This document shows, piece by piece, positions 27,757 through 32,000 of a DNA stretch of 32,000 nucleotides (the stretch's first letter is position 1; each line of letters begins with the position of its first letter). Source of the DNA: an uncultured archaeon (GTDB lineage Archaea; Asgardarchaeota; Lokiarchaeia; Sigyniarchaeales; Promethearchaeaceae); contig CAYRPF010000013.1 of the NCBI GenBank assembly GCA_964426185.1, forward strand, positions 21,896-53,895. Reading direction: 5' to 3'. The translations under genes were made by a program, and so were the position numbers. The notes below the pieces were generated by a model. The model made no database searches. It was not told where the DNA came from and saw nothing but the letters and a program-made list of their open reading frames with translations.

Positions 27757-30309
27757 ATGATGAAAAATAATTTTCTTGTAAATTTTCCAAATAATTTTTG
27801 GATTTTCATCCAAATATTTAGTACAATTACCTTAATCTTCCTATTTTTTTTCTTAATCTATGGAATATGGAAATTAAGGCAATTTAGAATCTTCCGTGTT
27901 CAAACGACTAAATTAATTTGTCTTCTGATCTTCACAAAAGATTCAGTCTTGATCCTATTTTGCATTATTCTTAACAAAATATTTCCATTGATTTTTCCTC
28001 TAATTGATGTGGTTTTTTTGTTGGGTCTGAAAATTTTAGGAAAGATCCAAAAAAAACGTCTTAATTGTTCTTGGTGGGGATATAAACCTAAAAAAAATCT
28101 AAGGAATTCCAAAAAAAAATCTCTACCAATTGGAGTTTTAGTTTTCAAAAATCAATATTTTCGAAAGTTTTCATTAAACATTGAAGAGATTAAACGACAT
28201 ATTTTAATTTATGGCCAAACAGGAACTGGAAAAACTAGTTATATTATGTATTTTTTAAAGGTATTTGCAAAGAAATGGTCAGAAATTCCATTCACATTGT
28301 TTGAATTTAAGGGGGAATATCATTCATTAGCTAACTATGTACCTGGTCTTAAAATTTTTGAACCAGGACTCAATCTTTCCATAAATATTTTTGATAAAGA
28401 TATTTTTACAAGGAAAAATTATGCTGAAGTTTTGTTTGACAGCTTAAAATCTTGTCGTATTTTGGAAGTCAATGCAGATTTTTCCCCTCAAATGGAACGA
28501 GTTTTAGTCGATGTATTACAAGAAATCTGTCAAATTTCCAAGCCTAAAACATGGGATTTATTTTATTCTCTATTAGATAAAGCAAAAAGTCAATATCAAG
28601 AAGAAATACCTCAAATTGCTACCACGATTGTTAGTATCAAAAATCGCTTACGAAGATTTTCTTCTGGACCCTTAAGTGTTGTGTTTAATAATTCATCTTC
28701 AAACATTAAAATTTCAGAAATTCTACAGAATAAAGCGATAATTAATTTAGGCAGTATTTTGCAATTAGGGGGTTCAAAACAAGATTTAATATTTTTTGCT
28801 AATTTAATATTAAAATGGGTGTGGGAAACAGCCATGACTCGAAATCCCACAGATAACTTAGAACATCTTACTATTTTTGAAGATGTTTCATATATAGCAT
28901 CCAGTAAGTTGGTAAGTCTTTCAAATGTTTCCCTCTATTTAGAGGATATTGCATTATTACTTAGAGGTAAAGGAGAAGGGCTTGTATCAATATCAACTTC
29001 CCTAGATATCAGTAAAAATGTAATCCTAAACGCAGGAACTAAGATGTTCTTTAAATTTAATGAAAAACCAGATGATATCTTACATCATTTAAGTTTTGAT
29101 AAAGATCAAGTGATTAATATACAAGATCTTCCAACAGGAATGTGTATTGTCAAAACTTTTAGAAATGTCAAACCTTATTTGCTCTATACATATAATGTTG
29201 AAAAAGTTAATCGTAAACGAAAAAAAAATTCAAAATTGAGAAATATCAATGAAAAAATTCTACATTTGAAAAATCCAAAACAATCCAGTCAATTCTTTAA
29301 AGAATCTGAAAACAATGGATTGAATAATTCTGAATTTCAAAACTCAGAAAAAGATGAATCAAAGAAGTCAATCGATCCAAAAATTCTTTTAAATTTATCT
29401 AGAAAAATACATGAAATAGAGAATTTGATATTTCAAGATGATTTCCAGAAAGCTTTTGACTTAATTCTTACAAGTTTTGATTTAATACAACAGGAAATTT
29501 CGAATGATAATCGCTTCTCCAAATGGTTTGTTATAGAAAAAAAAGTTAAAAATTTTAGGGCAATTGCAAAGAAAATAAAAGAACAAAATGTTCAAATTGA
29601 AGATTGCCTAATTGGATTAAAACTTCTCAAGATTATTAGAAAAAATTTAGATAATAGTGAAATAGACACAATATCTACTAGTTCTAACACCAAATTGGTT
29701 TCTTCACCTATAAAAATCACGTGTATCTCTTTAAGTACTTATTTATTTTCTCAAAATCATGAATTAATTAAAAATTTCTATTCATTAGGCCAAAATATCG
29801 CTTTACCCATTGTAATATCACTACTAAAAGATCATTCAGATATTTCGGAGGGTCATTTTGGAATGTATGGAGAAAATTTTAAGAAATTTTCGTTTTTCCA
29901 CAGAATTCGGTTAATTAATAAAGAATTTGAAATCTTCTTTTTGCTTGTTTACCCAAAACAATTAAGGAATAAAGAGATAGAAGAAGAAATTTCTTTTTGT
30001 ATCAATCAATTTTCAAATAAAATATTTAAACCTGAATGTGATCTGTTATTGGGATTCTTTTTACCTTTTTTGCAGATTTCGAGTTTTTCGAAAAAATTGA
30101 AAGGAAAAACCTCAATAATTAAAAAAAATAGCAAAATAATCAAAGAAAGAATAAGAGATCTATATGTTCAAATCCAAAATATCATAAAAAAAGAGAATAA
30201 CTATATCACTTTGAACAATTCAAAGGAAAATTTAATATCGATCTTAGAAAAAGAAATTGAACCAGCTATTAATGAGTTATTGAAGGAAAACTATCATCGT
30301 GAAGATTAA
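27757..30309 (+). CDS. Membrane-anchored HerA/FtsK/VirB4-like P-loop ATPase (DUF87-like)
   Basis: 2-3 N-terminal TM segments, RHILIYGQTGTGKT Walker A, FEFKGEY, IFEDVS (Walker B-like), LRGKGEG, NAGTK.FF and LPTG.C. Confidence 0.75.
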   Translation: MMKNNFLVNFPNNFWIFIQIFSTITLIFLFFFLIYGIWKLRQFRIFRVQTTKLICLLIFTKDSVLILFCIILNKIFPLIFPLIDVVFLLGLKILGKIQKKRLNCSWWGYKPKKNLRNSKKKSLPIGVLVFKNQYFRKFSLNIEEIKRHILIYGQTGTGKTSYIMYFLKVFAKKWSEIPFTLFEFKGEYHSLANYVPGLKIFEPGLNLSINIFDKDIFTRKNYAEVLFDSLKSCRILEVNADFSPQMERVLVDVLQEICQISKPKTWDLFYSLLDKAKSQYQEEIPQIATTIVSIKNRLRRFSSGPLSVVFNNSSSNIKISEILQNKAIINLGSILQLGGSKQDLIFFANLILKWVWETAMTRNPTDNLEHLTIFEDVSYIASSKLVSLSNVSLYLEDIALLLRGKGEGLVSISTSLDISKNVILNAGTKMFFKFNEKPDDILHHLSFDKDQVINIQDLPTGMCIVKTFRNVKPYLLYTYNVEKVNRKRKKNSKLRNINEKILHLKNPKQSSQFFKESENNGLNNSEFQNSEKDESKKSIDPKILLNLSRKIHEIENLIFQDDFQKAFDLILTSFDLIQQEISNDNRFSKWFVIEKKVKNFRAIAKKIKEQNVQIEDCLIGLKLLKIIRKNLDNSEIDTISTSSNTKLVSSPIKITCISLSTYLFSQNHELIKNFYSLGQNIALPIVISLLKDHSDISEGHFGMYGENFKKFSFFHRIRLINKEFEIFFLLVYPKQLRNKEIEEEISFCINQFSNKIFKPECDLLLGFFLPFLQISSFSKKLKGKTSIIKKNSKIIKERIRDLYVQIQNIIKKENNYITLNNSKENLISILEKEIEPAINELLKENYHRED

Positions 30310-30341
30310 ATGCTTTTAAGGATTGAAAAATACTAGTATTT

Positions 30342-31556
30342 ATGCTTATTGGAATTGTAGGAAAACCATCATCAGGAAAAAGTACTTTTCTTAATGCCGC
30401 ATGTTTAACTGAATATAAAACGGGAAATTACCCATTTACTACAATTAAACCAAATTTAGGTACTTCATTTGTCCGAGTTCCATGTGTCTGTAAGGAATTA
30501 AATGTAAATGATAATCCAAAAAACTCCATTTGCAGAAATCACAATCGGTTTATCCCAATAAAATTACTAGATGTGGCAGGATTGGTCCCAGATGCCCATT
30601 TAGGAAAAGGAATGGGAAATCAATTTCTATCTGACTTAGCACGTGCAGATGTTCTTATCCATGTCGTTGATATCTCTGGCAGTCTTGATGCAGAAGGTCA
30701 AGATATTGATGAAGGCTCTCGAAATCCAATAGATGATATTCAATTTTTAGAGGATGAAATAAATTTTTGGTTTAAAAGCCTGATTGTAAAAAAAGATTGG
30801 AATAAATTTATTCGAAAAATTGAACAAGAAAAAATACCATTTGTGGATGTTTTACAAGAACGACTTGCAGGTATTGGAATAAAGAAAGAACATATTCTTA
30901 AAACAATAGGTAAAACGGATTTAAATTTTGAAAAAATCTCTCAATGGACCAATGAAGACATATTTGCTTTTGCCAAAAAACTTAGAGAAATTTCAAAACC
31001 AATTATCATTGTAGCAAATAAAATTGATAAAACAACTGGCGAAAAAAATTATTTTGATCTGAAAAAGAAGTATCAAGAAGAAATAATTCCTTGTAGTGCT
31101 CTTTCAGAATATTGGCTAAGGAAATATGCAGAAGAAAATAAAATTGAATATTTACCAGGGGATCCGCTATTTAAAATTTTAAAACGTAATGATTTCAGTG
31201 AATCTGAACTTAAGGTATTGCAAAATATTCAAGAAAAGATCTTAAATAAATTTAAAACAACAGGAATTCAAAATGCCCTAAATTATGCTGTTTTTAACGT
31301 GTTACAACAAATTGTGGTCTACCCAGTTTACGATATAAATTCGTATGCCGATAAAGATGGAAATATATTACCAGATGCCCATTTAATTCATAATGAAATG
31401 GAATTGAAAACTTTTGTTGAAACGAAAATTCATTCTGATATGGCTAAGAATTTCATTTATGGTTTAGATGCTAAAACCAAAATGCGCCTTGGAGAACATT
31501 ATAAACTAAAAAATAATGATGTTATAAAAGTAGTAACTGCAGCTAAATCAAAATGA
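30342..31556 (+). CDS. ychF: Obg-family NTPase YchF (archaeal type) with TGS domain
   Basis: GKPSSGKST, NYPFTTI, DVAGLVPDAH.GKG.GNQFL and NKID, plus a C-terminal TGS domain (IHSD). Confidence 0.92.
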   Translation: MLIGIVGKPSSGKSTFLNAACLTEYKTGNYPFTTIKPNLGTSFVRVPCVCKELNVNDNPKNSICRNHNRFIPIKLLDVAGLVPDAHLGKGMGNQFLSDLARADVLIHVVDISGSLDAEGQDIDEGSRNPIDDIQFLEDEINFWFKSLIVKKDWNKFIRKIEQEKIPFVDVLQERLAGIGIKKEHILKTIGKTDLNFEKISQWTNEDIFAFAKKLREISKPIIIVANKIDKTTGEKNYFDLKKKYQEEIIPCSALSEYWLRKYAEENKIEYLPGDPLFKILKRNDFSESELKVLQNIQEKILNKFKTTGIQNALNYAVFNVLQQIVVYPVYDINSYADKDGNILPDAHLIHNEMELKTFVETKIHSDMAKNFIYGLDAKTKMRLGEHYKLKNNDVIKVVTAAKSK

Positions 31557-31768
31557 AATAAAAAAACTATTTTTCTTTATCTTTTGATGAAAAAACAACA
31601 TATACAAGTAGGACAATTATAACTAAGACACTTAATAATTGTAATCTTAAACGAAATTGATCCATATCCCAATCTGCTAGTTTTAAAGGTATTAAGAACA
31701 TCAATCTTTTTAATTTGTTTAAAAATTAAAAAATTTTGGTACAAAATAATTTTACTGTGATTTACATA

Positions 31769-31841
31769 TGGACCTAGGGGAATTTGAATCCCCGACCTCC
31801 TGAGTGCAAGTCAGGCGCTCTACCAACTGAGCTATAGGCCC
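31769..31841 (-). tRNA. tRNA-Ala(TGC)
   Basis: GGGCCTA/TAGGTCC-A acceptor with G3-U70, and CCTGA-CTTGCAC-TCAGG anticodon arm. Lies downstream of the 16S gene. Confidence 0.95.
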
Positions 31842-31913
31842 AAAAAAAATATAATTGCTGATATTTAACTCAAAAAGAAGAAAATACATATTTAGTAATT
31901 AAAAAAGAAATGC

Positions 31914-31934
31914 CCGAAGGCGATTAGCCTTCGG
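31914..31934 (-). other. GC-rich hairpin in the 16S/tRNA-Ala spacer
   Basis: CCGAAGGC-GATTA-GCCTTCGG, a perfect 8-bp inverted repeat. Confidence 0.7.
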
Positions 31935-31943
31935 TGCGTGTTG

Positions 31944-32000
<57 letters not shown>

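Noticed and set aside
1000-28850. Short ORFs nested in or antisense to larger genes (e.g. 1000-1191, 3360-3614, 3756-3962, 5936-6166, 8481-8699, 9388-9609, 10155-10370, 12885-13076, 14281-15068, 15173-15586, 18956-19183, 21200-21472, 22703-22927, 26294-26722, 27377-27673, 27900-28148, 28611-28850)
   Set aside because: They overlap well-supported genes and have no recognisable motifs, so they are most likely shadow ORFs.

Overview
AT-rich archaeal chromosomal segment, most consistent with an Asgard archaeon of the Lokiarchaeia type. This is an inference from the archaeal 16S 3' end, the archaeal information-processing genes, a tandem Roadblock protein, a RING-variant protein and RPA32/RPA70-like subunits. 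Most of the window is core genome: panB, FtsZ2-type cell division protein, a ribosome biogenesis run (aIF2beta-DUF424-NMD3-RIO1-Dim2), site-2 protease, NcsA/TtuA, RPA, Pcm, ThiI-like, PAC2, PfkB kinase, Tsr3, thermosome and YchF. It also holds five tRNAs (iMet, Asn, Glu, Leu, Ala) and the 3' end of a 16S rRNA gene. No CRISPR array, transposase or integrase was seen. The main oddities are: an initiator tRNA with a 29-nt D-loop insertion; several tRNAs that break near-invariant positions; a thermosome paralog with degenerate ATPase motifs; a heavily structured leader covering the SD of the PAC2 gene; a 7TM/site-2 protease divergon with repeats; a RING protein directly upstream of RPA1; a coupled glycosyltransferase and atypical PLP decarboxylase; an orphan membrane HerA/VirB4-like ATPase; and a 16S-tRNA-Ala unit with no linked 23S. 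All calls come from motif recognition by eye; no searches were run.
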